From contig NC_045697.1 in assembly GCF_009834535.1 (NCBI RefSeq), forward strand, positions 36,706,001 to 36,770,000: a DNA stretch of 64,000 bases, read 5' to 3'. The notes below the pieces were generated by a model. That model was not told where the DNA came from. It ran no database searches and saw nothing but the letters and a program-made list of their open reading frames with translations. Below are positions 22,191 through 35,294 of this stretch, in pieces. The stretch comes from Camelus ferus (Eukaryota). The stretch's first letter is position 1. Every line of letters begins with the position of its first letter. The position numbers and the translations under genes were made by a program.

Positions 22191-23465
22191 CTTGTTTTTC
22201 TAAATAAGTCCAGTAAGAGGCTGAACTAGGTGACTATGGCTGTCACTCAGCACAGGCAGATCGCAGCCCGGCCCACTCCCACTGGAGGCTGGGCAGCAGA
22301 CCCCCACAGTATAGCCCACCCCAACTCACAGACTTCTGGGCGAATACTTGGGATGTTGGCTCAGACCACTAAGGCTTGTGTTAGAGACCCTCCGTACCAT
22401 CTCCCCAATACCATCACCAAACAGCCCCCCAGCCCTGCCCAAAGTCCATGCAGGTCAGAAGAAACAGTTTTCTTTCAAATCTAAACTGAGTTAGCTCTGT
22501 GATCTGAGATTAATCATTGCATTTCTTACAGTAAAAGCGAGGGCTGTCACAGTGGTTGTTATTCCCAACTGTTTTACCTCCCAAGGGCTGTCTGAGACAT
22601 TTCGCCTGCCCGGGCCTTCCAAAATTATCATCTGCCTCTTAGGCAAAGCTGTTTTTATTAACTCATGATCTGCGGCATTACTAATTTATTACTTTGCTTT
22701 GTGTAGTGACTTGTCTTAAAAAGGCTGGCAATTAATCACATCTCCCTGCTCCAAGAGTCTTGATTTTAACTTCCTTTTCTGTTTTTACACTTATACACAA
22801 GTTTGAAACAGTAAAACGACCCTAAAGCATAGACAAAACCACAGATTAGGTTTTTTTGCATGTTCAAAAAGCAGAGCAAAATCAATGAAAAGGAAACATT
22901 TTCATCTAATTGGAAGAGATTATGCCCAAGTTTTATTTATTCAAATACAGTCTTTCCTCAGCAGGATTGGACGTATACCCGAGTAAGGCACGCTAACCAG
23001 CCACTCAAACTAAATCAGTTAATAGGCTGATCCAGTTTTCCAGCTCCAGAGGACTGATAAACACAAACTAAACAAAAGCATGAAAGCCAAAGGGCAAACT
23101 GGGAACTGACTGTTCCTTTGCTTTTATGTTTTCTGCTATTGTTTACAAACTTGAGGCAGAGAAGCCAGTGAAAAGTCCACTCGTATTTCTATCTTCAGTG
23201 ACTTTTTAAATTGTATATTCTTCGAACTGGCTCTAGATGGATCAGTGATCAATCTTGAGATTATTCAAATTAGCTAAAGTGAAAATCATGCAACTGACTA
23301 GCTGCTACTGCCTTGCACTTGGTTCCAAGAATTTTGCTGTCAGGCCACAAAATGTGCATTCTCTTTTTTTTATGAGTCCTTTGTTTCAGATTCACACAGG
23401 GGAAGCCAGAAGTCTAGGAGAGCCAATGTTTGGTTCTATTTCTCTTGGGAATCCTGGTTGCTCCT

Positions 23466-23842
23466 TGTGAGGGACTGAGGCATGTTCCTCCCAAATTCAT
23501 ATGCTGAAGCAACCCCCCGTTCTTCCGGATAGGACTATATTTGGAGATAGGGTCTTTAAAGAGGCAATTAAGTTAAACTGAAGTCATTAGGATAGTCCCT
23601 AATCCAGCATGACTGGTGTCCTTACGAAAAGAGGAAAATTGGGCACAGACATGTACAGAGGAAGACCATGTGAAGACAGGGGGAAGACGGCCATCTGCAA
23701 GCCAAGAAGAGTGGTCTCAGAAGAAACCAACCCTGCTGACACCTTGACCTTGGACTTCCAGCCTCCAGAACCGTGACAAAATACATCTCTGTTGGTTAAG
23801 AGTCTGTGGTACTTTGTTATGGCAGCTATAGGAAACTAATAT
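23466..23842 (+). mobile_element. MLT1B-like MaLR solo LTR
   Basis: tgtgagggactga...caaattcatatgctgaag...atttggagatagggtctttaaagagg...ccatctgcaagccaag...gacttccagcctccagaac...gtggtactttgttatggcagc...aaactaata. Confidence 0.9.
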
Positions 23843-24274
23843 TCTCTGCTTTCATTCAGGTCTTAAATGTTCTATTTAAGCTGAAAAAAAAACAATACAT
23901 TTGACTATAAAAAGTTACATATGCTTATAGGGAGTAGAAATCACCTGAGAAGAGAATGTGGAAGTCTGGGCTGGCCACAGAGCAAATGTGTAGCTATGAG
24001 GCAGATTCTTCCCAGGGACTCGGCACCTGGCTGGTTGGAAGTCATACTCTCTAAATGAGCTTCTCTTCTTACAGGTCAGGAGGGGACAAATTCTGCATGA
24101 GCCAGAGAGGCTTCTCTGAGCTTCCTCCCCAGGGGAATGGATGGAGCTCCATGAACATGGGCTCCTGGGAGATGACATGTGGTTTGATGATTTGAATGAA
24201 AGTCCGTAGATACTTCAGTCACTAGGTGAAGTTAGATAATTCATGTAAGCTAATTAATGTAAGACAATCCTCGA

Positions 24275-24575
24275 AATCTTAGTGCCTTGATACGAAAAAA
24301 TATGATGTGTCTTTGCGATAAAATTTGCTATGGCTTAGCAGGAGTTCACCTCCAAGATCTCCTCTATGGATCCAGGGTCCCTCCATCCTGTGATACTGCT
24401 GTCTCAACATGGGGCTTTCAGGATCACTATGTTGGGGGGCAAGAAAGAGCACACACACACACCAGGTTTTACCTCCTAAACCCAATGTGACACGTATGCT
24501 CATGACCCATTTGTTCCGACTAACACCAAGGGAAGCTGGGAAATGGAATGGAGCACGTGGACTATTTGCTGAGCT
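24275..24575 (-). mobile_element. MLT1J-like MaLR LTR fragment
   Basis: aaatcttagtgccttgatac...gatactgctgtctcaacatggggctt...aagggaagctgggaaatg. Confidence 0.55.
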
Positions 24576-24669
24576 AGGAGGGTCTCTTGTCAGTTTTTGA
24601 ACATTCATTTGCACTAGCTACAGCACTAAGACTTTTACATGTAGTCTTTTTTTTTCCAGCTATCAAAGA

Positions 24670-25186
24670 CTTTTTAAAAAATTGAGGTGAAATTCATATG
24701 ATATGAAATTAACCATCTTAAAAAGAACATTTCAGTGACATTTAATGCCTTCACAATATTATTCAACCAGCACCCTTATCTAGTTCCAAACATTTTCATC
24801 ACCCCAAAGGAAACCCTGTACCCATTAAGCCATCATTCTACCTTATCCCGTCCCCCAAGCTCCTGGCACTTACCAATCTGCTTTCTGTCTCTATGGATTT
24901 GCCTATTCTGGGTAATTCATATAATGGAACCATACAATATGTGACCTTTGTTGTCAGGCTTCTTTCACTTAACATAATGTTTTTGAGATTCACCCATGTT
25001 GTAGTACGTAACAGTACTTCATTCCTTTTTATTGTTGAATAACATTCCACTGTGTGCATATACCACAATTTGTTTGTCCAATGTATGCATGTACCCTTAT
25101 TTGCAGTTAAGGAATGAACAGCTCTTGACAGATGTTTGGGCTGCTTCCACCTTTTGGCTGCTGTGAATAATGCTGCTATGAACATA
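24670..25186 (-). mobile_element. L1MB-type 3' end, antisense
   Basis: aattgaggtgaaattcatatg...ttccaaacattttcatcaccccaaaggaaaccctgtacccattaagc...tctatggatttgcctattctgg...aataatgctgctatgaacat; ORF 24838-25185 translates to a decayed L1 ORF2 C-terminus (MFIAALFTAAKRWKQPK). Confidence 0.9.
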
Positions 25187-25194
25187 TAGTGTCT

Positions 25195-25335
25195 TGCTTC
25201 ATCCCTTTTTTATAAATGTGGAAACTGAGACTTAAGAGGTTAAGTTGCCCAAAGTCAAATAAAAGTAAGTGGTAGAACCCATATGGAGATTCAGATATGT
25301 CTGTTTCCAGAAGCCCATAGCCACGAAGCTATACT
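25195..25335 (-). mobile_element. MIR SINE
   Basis: ttttataaatgtggaaactgagacttaagaggttaagttgcccaaagtca...gtaagtggtagaacc. Confidence 0.8.
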
Positions 25336-26774
25336 GATGGGAAATTTTTTACTAAGAATCTCAAAACTCTTATTTTTATTTGTCTTTGAATCACTTGAAA
25401 ACTGAAAGGTCAAAATCCTGAAGTATTTGAAATGATGGTCTACACTGTCTAAATTATCTGAATTATCTGGGTGACTTGAAGATATGAAGACTTGGGTTTA
25501 AGACTGGTGATAACTTTCATCGATCTTATAAGTGTATCCGTACAGCATTTTATTTTCAATGTTAAAAAATTTCACCGAGGTAGTATTTCCTCTCAGTGTG
25601 CTTTGCTTTCTTTTAAAAAGAAGACGTTCAGATGTTTCACACAGTTTCAACAGATGGTCCCCAAAGTGTCAAAGAAATGAACAATGAAGTAAGATGATGG
25701 CACACAGCTTACAGGTTAAATTTTCATGGACACCCCTGGAAAAGGAGAGCTTGCCCTCAAGATAACCTGCGACTCATAAACTAAGAAGAACTGTGTAATG
25801 CTGAAGGGTCAAAAAAAATCTGAAAAAATACCAGAGCAGGGGGAGGTCACGGGCCCCAAACAAATCAGACCCACCCAAACACTGATCAGAGCCATGCCTT
25901 CCTGATGGCTGAAGTGAATTCTCTTTGTCTATTTGCACTGTGATGGATTATTATTTTTAAGTCACTGGTCATCTTTAAAATATGGTCTTTTGTTTTGACT
26001 CCAAACCCACTCACTCATTTAGTTTGAACACAACAACTTCAGTAACACAGTGATTTTTTTTAAAAAAATTATTTAAAGACACATTCATATGGCTCAAAAC
26101 AGAATACTCTGACCTGTGAGACTTGCCCTTAATTTGACCTTGTCTCCGAGAACCTTACTGGAGACAATAGGAAAACCTCAAATATTCAGACTAATTGCAT
26201 GGTGGGGGAGGACAGAAACCAGATGAAGTTAGTGGGAAGTCTGAGTTATAAAAGTTTCTAAGAAATACCATCCTATTTTTTTCCCAAGCTATATTCAAAA
26301 TCAAAATGCTGCTAATAAAAGGCCAATGGATAGAAACATTCAATATTAGTTCTTGCACTGGTCAGCAGTTTGGGGCACTGTTTTCATTGGTTTGAAGCAG
26401 AATTAGAAAAGCAAGAACTGTGCAAATGTTCATGGGATTAAATTTATTCAGCTTTCAAATTCTGAGGTTATTTAGTTCCTAACGTTTTGATTTTTAAGTT
26501 ATTCTTTCTTTCAAGAAATGATGGTGAAATAGGTTTTCTAAAAGAAAAAGAACTTAAAAAATAAATTAATTAAAAAAAAAAGAAAAGAAAAAGAACTTGT
26601 TTATTTAGCACAGCAAAAACATGACCACTCCTTTGGTCAAACTCCCAAATATTTCAAAAATTTTATTCACCTGTAAAATCTAGCACCACTGGGCTCACTG
26701 TTCTTAGAGACCTACCTTTCTTAATAAATGAGTAACAGGTTGGTAAATATCTGGTGTCAACATCTTTCACCACA

Positions 26775-27025
26775 GAGGCAGTTGGGAGTAGTGTTGAAAA
26801 GCCTGGGCTTTGGGATCAGTCAGATCTCAAGTCCAACCTTGGTTGTACCACTTATAGAGTTAAGACCCTGGGCAAGTCATGTGACATCTGCAGACCTCTG
26901 TTTCCTTATCTGTAAAATGAGGATGGTAACAGCACAGTGTCTATTTCTTACAGTTCATAGGAGGAGGAAATAAGAGCGTGAATGTGAAGCCATTAGCACA
27001 TGGTGAATACTCAATGGATGTTACT
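26775..27025 (+). mobile_element. MIR SINE followed by a (TTA)n tail to about 27060
   Basis: gaggcagttgggagtagtgttgaaaagcctgggctttggg...gaccctgggcaagtca...ctctgtttccttatctgtaaaatgaggatggtaacag. Confidence 0.85.
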
Positions 27026-27799
27026 TATTATTATTATTATTATTATTATTAACATTATTAATAAATGAATGACTATTTGAAACATACACTCTTAGCAGGA
27101 GTTCAGACTGTACTCTTCCTTATATTATGAATTTGCTAGGCAAACCCTGTCTTCTGGGATGTTTCAAAAATGAATTGGTTTGGCCCCTGTTAAATGAGCC
27201 TAGCTTTCAGATTATAGCATATAAAGTATTGAGATTTTTGGCCTGATCTTCCTCCCTCCAAGAGCAGAGGGAAGAAACCCCTCTCTGCTCTCCCACCACC
27301 TCCCTATCTTGGGCTCCCGTGTACGAATGTCTTGGCCATTATGCTGCCTTACAATGCTCTCAGGTTCCACAGCGACATCAGGAAAACCAGAGACGACACT
27401 GGTGGTAGCCCTCCTGGCTCCTCCCTCAGCCACACGCAGACTCTCAAGGAAGCTTAGAGACAATGTCTGTCTGACCTTACCATTTTATCCACAAGGCAAC
27501 TAAAGTCAAGGCTGTTAAGGTGACAGAGCAGTAAAGTTAGGGAGCAAAAGAGTCAAGGCTGAGTGCATGTTTAAAGTCCTTATTTCATCCTCTCTAAATA
27601 ACTGCACACTGGATGGCCATAATGACTTCCTTCATGAGGCTCAAGCAGTTTGCACACATATGTACTTGTCCATCACCAAACACTGAAGGAGAGGTAACTT
27701 GGGGACCGTGCTGAATTTTGTCGCTCATTCAGCGCCATCCGCCATATGGAGCCCCCTCCCTGCCTCTCTTTTACCATCTCTTTCTGCCTCCTTCCAAAC

Positions 27800-28078
27800 A
27801 CCCAGTGCCCTCAGGTCATTCTATTCCAGTCCCCTGTTATCTGTCCTCATAGCACCTTGTACTTCTCTTTCCCAGATCTTATCACAATTCAAATTTTGCT
27901 TCTCCCCTTCCAGACTCTAAACTCTCAGAGGGGCTGGGTCTGTTTTTGCTCAACATTGTATCCCAGCTTTTGGCATGAAGCCTAGAACATCACACACCTT
28001 CAGTAAGTATTTGTTAAATGGATGGAGGGAGGAAGAGAGGGATGGATGGATGGACAGATGGATGGGTGGGTGGATGGG
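27800..28078 (+). mobile_element. L2 3' end with (GATG)n tail
   Basis: ccagactctaaactctcagaggg...ttgtatcccagc...cagtaagtatttgttaaatggatgg, then gatg repeats. Confidence 0.75.
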
Positions 28079-28411
28079 ATACTCAGACTACTATCATCCC
28101 ATGGAAGTCTAGGATTAGAATCTCCTACTGCTTCTTGTCCCATCAAAATGCAATGCCCTGTTTTCCACGTTTATAGCTCCTTGCTCTCTGAGTCTTTTTA
28201 ACTTGTTACACACATCTAAATACTCTGCAAAGCAATGTCCGTGCGTTTTAACAGGAACTTTTGTCCAAACAAAATGCCAGATGAGTTACTCTGATAGAGA
28301 AACTACAGGCCTTGAGGGCCTGGGGAAGAGTAAGGGATGAGTCAGAAGTCCCTTCGGCAACCTCTCAATTCAGCAATTCCAGTAAAGAATTTATTCAAGA
28401 AAATCAGGAAG

Positions 28412-28665
28412 CCAGTATAGTTAATGGTTTAGTGCGAAGCTTCCAGCCTCAGACGGCACAGACCTGGGCTCCACCTCCGCCACTCAGTGGCTAAGTAGCA
28501 CAGGGCATGTTCCTTAGCTTCTCTGTGCCTCAGTTTCCTGATCTGTCAAACTGAGATGATACAGCTCAAGCCATGGGGTTTCTTGGTTATTCTGAGAATT
28601 GAATAGCGTGTTCTATCCAGAACACTTAGAACAGTACTTGGCCTGCCTCAGTAAACACCAGCTAT
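28412..28665 (+). mobile_element. MIR SINE
   Basis: agtatagttaatggttt...cagacctgggctcc...cttctctgtgcctcagtttcctgatctgtcaaa...cacttagaacagtacttggc. Confidence 0.8.
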
Positions 28666-29614
28666 CATTTCATACGAACTCAGGCCTTGCTTTTCCACCC
28701 CAAGTAACATTACTGTGTGGATCTTTATCTGATTGCAACATCTGTTTCCAAATCCCAGCTGAAGTTTGACTTGCCGCCATAGAGAAAGTTCACAGGACTC
28801 TGTCTTTGCTTGTAGGCCTGCACGAAGCAGCATGCCAGGTGGCCCTGGGGAACAAGACGACACCCCGTGGCGTGATGACTTGAGAGGGCAGCCTTCACTT
28901 GGCAGTGTAAATTCTGGAATGTGTGCTTTTAGGAAAGTCAGCCATACAAAGGAGGTGGGCTTTGCTGGGCTGAGAGCGTGTTTCTGGAGCCCAGATGGAG
29001 CAGATGAGGACCTGCAGACCTGGGTGGGTGCAGAGACCTGTTCCTAAGGCAACTGTGGCATCACGCCTTGGTCTGATGGCCCTGACCGCTGGCGATCTGT
29101 ACCCTGGGCCTCTCCCCCCCCCCCCTCCCGGCTGATAAGCCCCTCTCAGGGCCTCTCTGTAACGTTCCCATTTCAGTGTGTTTACCTTTACGACAAATGC
29201 ACATTTCATTATTAATGGAGGCCCAGGGTGAACGAGCAGCTGTTGCTTCTCACTTTGCTTTACAGGCTTCAGAAGCCTCCATTAAACTCCTTGGACGAAA
29301 GGGTCCAAGGGGCTGCAGCTCACACACCACCCACCCCATCCCCCGAGTCCTTGTTTACGTGGAAAGTGAAAGAAAAAACGGAGAGCAGCCAAAAAAGGTG
29401 AAATTCGAGGAACCAGACACTGCCACTTGGATGAGAAGCCGTAAGCCACACAGAGCAACTCCTGATCCTCTTTTACTGAAGCCTAGAGGGAGAACTTGTC
29501 AGAAACCAAGGGGCCAGCAAGGAAAGGAAAAGAATGGGGCCATGTCCCATGTTCTCAGGGACAATTCTCTCAGACCTTTTCCAGAAAAGCTCTGTGTGAA
29601 GTAATCCAGTAACA

Positions 29615-29885
29615 AGACAGATATTCTGTGAGTCCACTTACATGACCTACAGAGAATAGTCCAAAACCACAGAGTCAGAAAGTAGACGAGGGGTTGCCAG
29701 TGGGGCTGGGGGTGCAGGGAAATGGGGAATATTGTTCAATAGGTAGCGTTTCAGTTCTACCAAACGAAGAGAGTTCTGAAGACGGATGGTGGTGATGGTT
29801 GCACAACATTATGAATGTACTTCATACCACTGAACTATACACTAACGATGGTCACGGTGGTAAATGTTACGTGTATTGTACTAAC
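29615..29885 (+). mobile_element. L1MB-type 3' end
   Basis: gacagatattctgtgagtccacttacatga...cagaaagtaga...ggttgccag...gatggtggtgatggttgcacaacattatgaatgtacttcataccactgaact. Confidence 0.9.
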
Positions 29886-30589
29886 ATATCTGTACCTATA
29901 TGTTCTGCTCCTTGGAGAGCAACTTGCATTAATTCAGAGTTATGGTCACGATGTGTGGAAGCGGCTTCTCTTCCAAGCTGTTTAGAAATATGTGCCCAAC
30001 TTAACTCTGGGACTGGCTTGAAGAACAGGCAACGTCAACGCAGCTCTGAGTCACACTGAGGAAGGTTCAGCAAAACCTGGTGGAGTCAGCCTGTTGCAAA
30101 AATGTGGAGAAGCTAAGGTTGGTCTTTCCCTCATCTCCCATTTCTTCTAGTTTCTCCAATTTTATCTGGCTTTTATGCTCTTTTCTGAATTTCTTCCATC
30201 ACAGAGAAAGATTTACCACCTGCTTGTAGATAAAACTGTATTTTGGTCCTTGCACCTGGTAGACACTTTGGTAAATATTAGCTGAATGAATAAACTATCC
30301 TCACCCCACCCCAAGAGTACCAATGATTTATAAAGTCCACTTACTCTTCCCAAACCTCTTTCATTTCTATTACCTCATTTTGGCCTCAAAACACCCGTTT
30401 CAGGTTTGTCACCACTGGGGACTTGGCAGAAGGGACATTAGTGTTGCCATTTCTCGGGTGAGGAAAATCAAGGTGCACTTGGCCAAGGTCACACAGTCAG
30501 TGTTTGAAGGCGTAGGCTTAGCATCAGGGCTCCTGGCTGGCTTCTCAGTACCCTCTGCACACAGTCAGGATGGCTCATCCTCAGGAGAA

Positions 30590-30832
30590 CACTGACATTT
30601 ATGGAACACGTATCATGTGCCAGGTACTAGCTAAGAGCTTTATGTGTGTCATCTTCCTTGATCCCACCACAACCCTCCAGGGAGATTTTATTATTATCTC
30701 CATTTTGCAGAAGAGGAAAATAGGGTACAGGTTGGGGTGGTAAAGAGAGAGAGAAACTCACATCGCTAGTAAATCATGCAACCAGGATGCGACCCCAAGC
30801 TGTCTGGCTTAAATCCATGCACTGAACTACTA
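30590..30832 (-). mobile_element. MIR SINE
   Basis: acatttatggaacac...tgtgccaggtact...ccacaaccct...attattatctccattttgcagaagaggaaa. Confidence 0.85.
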
Positions 30833-31489
30833 TATAATTACTGTTTTAAGACGAAAGTGATGTAATACTACCCGGCAAAGAAGTTTTTTTCCAAGGAAAC
30901 CCAGAGAAAGGGGAAATGTTTAATCCAAAGGAGGGGCCCCCTACAGGGAGACTCTCAGGTGTTTAGGGACCAGAGGAAGTATTTGGGGGCAAAAATGACT
31001 CTTTCTTTGGAAACTTCTCTGGCCTGGAGTTCCTAGTCTTTGAAATCTATTCAATTGGAATAGATTTTGCAGAAAAACTCTCCAATACATTCCAGCTTAA
31101 AGGGAAATTCTAGACCATTGCCCCAGTTTTTACTGACCCAGGTTACTCTTTCATGTTGCCCAAGGGAATCATCTTCAACAGAGTCTATTTTGACTCTAAG
31201 GGCCAGTAGATTTCACTCGTTGTACCAGAAACATGCCTCTGCTCTTTTGATTCTGCTCTGATTATGATAGAGACGGTAATATTGATCTTTTGATCCTACT
31301 GTCCTCTCTAATGATACAATGCCAAAGTAGGACTTACCTAAAAATGTATAGAATAATACTAATTTTTAAAGACTCGTAATTACTTCCCCTCATAATATGA
31401 CAGGTATAATGATTATAACTATTAAAATAAATTTGGAGTAGATATGATTTTAATATTTAAGAAAAAGGAAGAATGTATCCTGCATGTGT

Positions 31490-31995
31490 CGGTGCTTTTA
31501 CAATACCAAGTGAAGGAAACTAATAAAACCACCTTAAATAATGAAGGAGGTTGGTTCCTATAAGTAGGAAATGCAGAAGACAAGAGGGCCCAAGAGACCT
31601 TTAAGATGCAAATGACATCCTATCTCCCTCTCCTCCTCTCTGGCCCCATTGCTGGTCTCTGCTTTTCTTGGTACTTGGGCCTCAGTTCCCCCATCGTGGC
31701 TGAACCCTTGCCACAAAGAGGAACATGGCCTCATACAGCTTCAAGCATAATCATTCCTGATGGAAATTTTCCAGAGGAAACAGAGAGGTCTTCTCTCTGA
31801 TCACATAAATATACAATCCAGGGAAGGACCCTGACTGGTTCTTGTTTGGCCAAATGCCTACACTGGGTCCGTTCCTGTGGCCACGGAGAGGTATGATTGG
31901 CCAGGTACAGAACCCATGCTCCCTGCTGTGGTCAGTGGGTGAGTGCTGTGATCGAAGGCCCTTCTAGAACCTCCTGGGGAGGGAAGGGGCGTGGT
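31490..31995 (-). mobile_element. LTR33-like ERVL LTR, decayed
   Basis: caagtgaaggaaact...ttggttcctataagtagga...ccagggaaggaccctgactgg...tgtggccacgg...tatgattggccagg. Confidence 0.5.
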
Positions 31996-32294
31996 TCCCC
32001 ACAGCGGGTCGGGAGCCGTATGTGGAAACTGGCTAGTGTCACATGGGCCATTCTGTGACCCTGGCCGAGCAGGAACCACAGCCAGGGTCAACTCCAATCT
32101 AACTTTAATCATTTGGACTAAAAAGGGGATTTGGGTTAGAAATAGAAAGAATAACTTTATTATGTTTCAGAACCTACTGTCCCAATGATACACACCAAAA
32201 AGTCACGTACCTACGCACACAGACATCTCCTGACTGCCCACAATACACCAGAAAGACACACAGTTGTGTTCAGTGAAGCACAGACGCTATTGCT

Positions 32295-32640
32295 TATCAA
32301 ATGTGTGACTTTGGATGAGGTCCATTCTTTTTTTTTTTTTTTTTTTTGTCTTTAGTGGGAATAACAGCACTCCATACCTCACAGGGTCATCGGGAGGACA
32401 AACGTGTTAATACCTGTAAAGTACTTGGTATAGTCCCTGCCTGGCTCGTTAAATGCTATCCAGGTGTTTGCTGTTTTTAGTGTTAGTATTCACATTAGTA
32501 TTAGGATTATGTGACCTTGGGCAGCTGCCCCCATCTCTCTGCTTCAGATTGCTTCTCTGTAAAATGCAAATGGCATACCTATTTCAAAGTGTCAGGTTTA
32601 GGTAAGAATAACAGGTATAGAGCACCAGCATACTGCCAAC
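32295..32640 (+). mobile_element. Two adjacent MIR fragments, the first with a poly(T) run at about 32328-32347
   Basis: tgtgtgactttgga...atacctcacagggtcat...; atgtgaccttgggcag...catctctctgcttcagattgcttctctgtaaaatg. Confidence 0.7.
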
Positions 32641-33469
32641 AAACCAGCCTGGCCATCATCGGGTGGGAAATGCCCTTGCTTTACAACCCCCAGCCCCGCT
32701 TGCTCATGGGCCCCGACCACAGAGCAAGAGAACCAAGACCCGGGTGAGAGCAGAGCCCAGCTGTTGATTCCTTTCAGGTGAAAGGAATCCAGCGTTACTC
32801 TTGAATATGCAGTCACTACAAGAGCCCCTTTGGTCTGTTCCCCATCTACAAACAGCTTTAATGTAAATTAGCAAAATTACTCTATTTTTACTAGTGAAAG
32901 AGAAAAGGCAATTTCTCACCCTTTAAGTGATCGTTGACTCTTCCCTTTTCCTGCTTCCTGTTCCAATCCGTGGAGGCTTGTTGAAGATGTTAGCCTTAAA
33001 AATGACCGATAAAGATTGTCTAAGTCACAGGCTGAGAGAGCTGGTGAGAAGTTAACCATATGATAACAATTAAGGTGGTGCCTGAGCTGAGGCTAAAAAC
33101 GTGAAAGGCTGTTTGAGAGTGGATTCTCAGCTGTCTCCTGTATGTAGCTTTGTCTTCAGTAATTTTTGGTGGAACTTCATCACTTTGCCTTCTTTCTGAT
33201 GGCAAGTTATTTTTAAATCTCTTTGCCCAGAAACAGAATCTTATTTTAAGTTCTCTTAGATTCTGAAGATGGGCAAAAGAGTTGGGCAAAATGTGACACT
33301 TCAGAAAGTTTTGCCTGAGCCAACATTATTTCCTTATGGAGTTTTGTTTTTGTTTTTGTTTTTTTGGTTTTGTGTTTTCAACTTAAACACCTATTTCTTG
33401 GTAACAATGCAAGGCAGTGCAAAAAACTCAGCACTGGAAGCGGGGAAGGTTGGATACAGTGTTCTTGTT

Positions 33470-33590
33470 TTAACAGCTCTATGGAGGCGTAACTGACATA
33501 TAATAAGCTGAACCCATTTCGAGTGTCAACTTTGGTAAGTTTTGAAACCATCGCCACAATCACGAAAAAGAAGATATGTCACCCTTAGAA
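33470..33590 (-). mobile_element. L1M 3' terminal fragment, antisense
   Basis: ttttaacagctctatggaggcgtaactgacatataataagctgaacccattt...gaaaccatcgccacaatca. Confidence 0.7.
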
Positions 33591-35294
33591 ATTCCTAGAG
33601 TTTGGATGTCTCTTTTCCCTTCCTCTAAAATGTGTCCATTTTTTTCTAAGGGAAGGGAAAACACTATTTATTTATTATTAAGGGCATTATCCATATGAGG
33701 AACCTAGGCAGAGAAGCTGGGAGCGGGGTGACAACTCCATTACAAAACTGACTTTTAGAGTTATAAGAGGACCTAATTACCCCATTATGTAGACTATCTG
33801 CTATCCCAGCTCCAGGTCTGCTAACTAGGAAAAAGGCTTTGGGGGCACGAGTGTCCTTCAGGAATTTCTAAACACTCCATAAACTAGGTTCGTCCAGCCC
33901 GATGGGGCTCTCTGAGGTCTTATTATAAACAGATGGGAAAGAAGGTATATTGACTCTCCGTGACCTTTTTGGAGTCACTTATAAAGACATGAGTGAAGTG
34001 AATGGTCATGAAGACATAGTTCCCTGATTTCTGAAGCAGAATTCAACCCATAAGACCCAATAGTCCCAGACAAAGTAACTAAGAAACTAAACTAAAAGAA
34101 AAAAAAAAAAAAGATAAGACCAAAGGAAACATTCATGCTCATCTGAGTCACTGCAGCTTCTGAGTTGGATCCCCTGTGAAGGACTGAAGAATTATGAAAC
34201 GTTTTGGCTGGGCAGGAGGAAGGAGTGTTCACCAGATTGTCTTGCAACGCTCAGTGCAGGAAATTATCCATCAGGTGGGAGAGGATACCCTGCGATTCCA
34301 TCCAGATGAGGCATGATCAGAACAATGAAGGGGCTACGTTCAAAACTGAAACAAAACCAAATGAGATGAGCTGAGGTTAGATTGAGGAGCTGGGAAGGAC
34401 AGCAACATCGGAAATAATGTCAGTTCTGTATACTCCTGGACCTTAGAAATATGTCTGTCTGTTATTCCATCTCAGAGCGCTAATTCACATCTCTTAAATT
34501 CCTTGGAAGTCCAGGAATCAGCCTAAGGGGAGGGTCAAAGGGAGCATCAATTGTTCAGGGGACAGGGGGTGTAGTATGTAATTGCTGAAATGGATTCAAT
34601 ATGACCGAATCTAAATAAACACATGGCTTTATCAGAGATGAAAGGCTCTGACCAGCTCTGAGCCTCTTTCCCTGAAAAGCATAGAGATACCAAAAGGGAA
34701 TCTTATCAAGGGGTTTTAGAATCCAGAAGGAGATATGAAGCTGCAGACTTAAAACATACACAAGATAGGATCTAGAGACAAATTGAGCTGACTTGAATTC
34801 CCTGTGTCTTTCCTTTCATTTTTGCTTTTCTCTCTTAAAAACTGACAAATATCTGTGTGCAACCGCAGGGGGGAATTCAAGAAACACTATATTTCTGAAA
34901 TAAAAGGAAGATTGGCCTTACTGTCTGTGAAAAGCCCCTTTTTCTCTTTCATGTGGGCATCCGGAGCCAGCCTCCACTAAGCCACGGAATCACTTTCGAG
35001 GCATAAAGATCTAAAGCCCCTTGTGGTGGCCAAGCTTGATGATCACTGTTTTGGGGGCTCTTCCAAACCCAGGGGAGCCGGGCACAGACACTGGCCATGA
35101 AATCTGAAGCCTCTCTGAACAAAGCAGATGGGTCTTTCAGTTTTGTCTTCCTGAGAGATTTGTAGGGACCGCCCAGAAAGGAGGCAGAAGCAGCTGTACC
35201 TCACCCAGCAGGGAGGGGCATCCTTACAGACCGGTCCCTGTTAACTGAGGCAGTTCAACATTCCTCAGTCAAAACCAAATGGGAGATAACACTA

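Noticed and set aside
24838..25185. ORF resembling a real protein (MFIAALFTAAKRWKQPK); similar ORF at 49059-49280
   Set aside because: Decayed L1 ORF2 C-terminus and 3' UTR inside L1M fragments, not a host gene.
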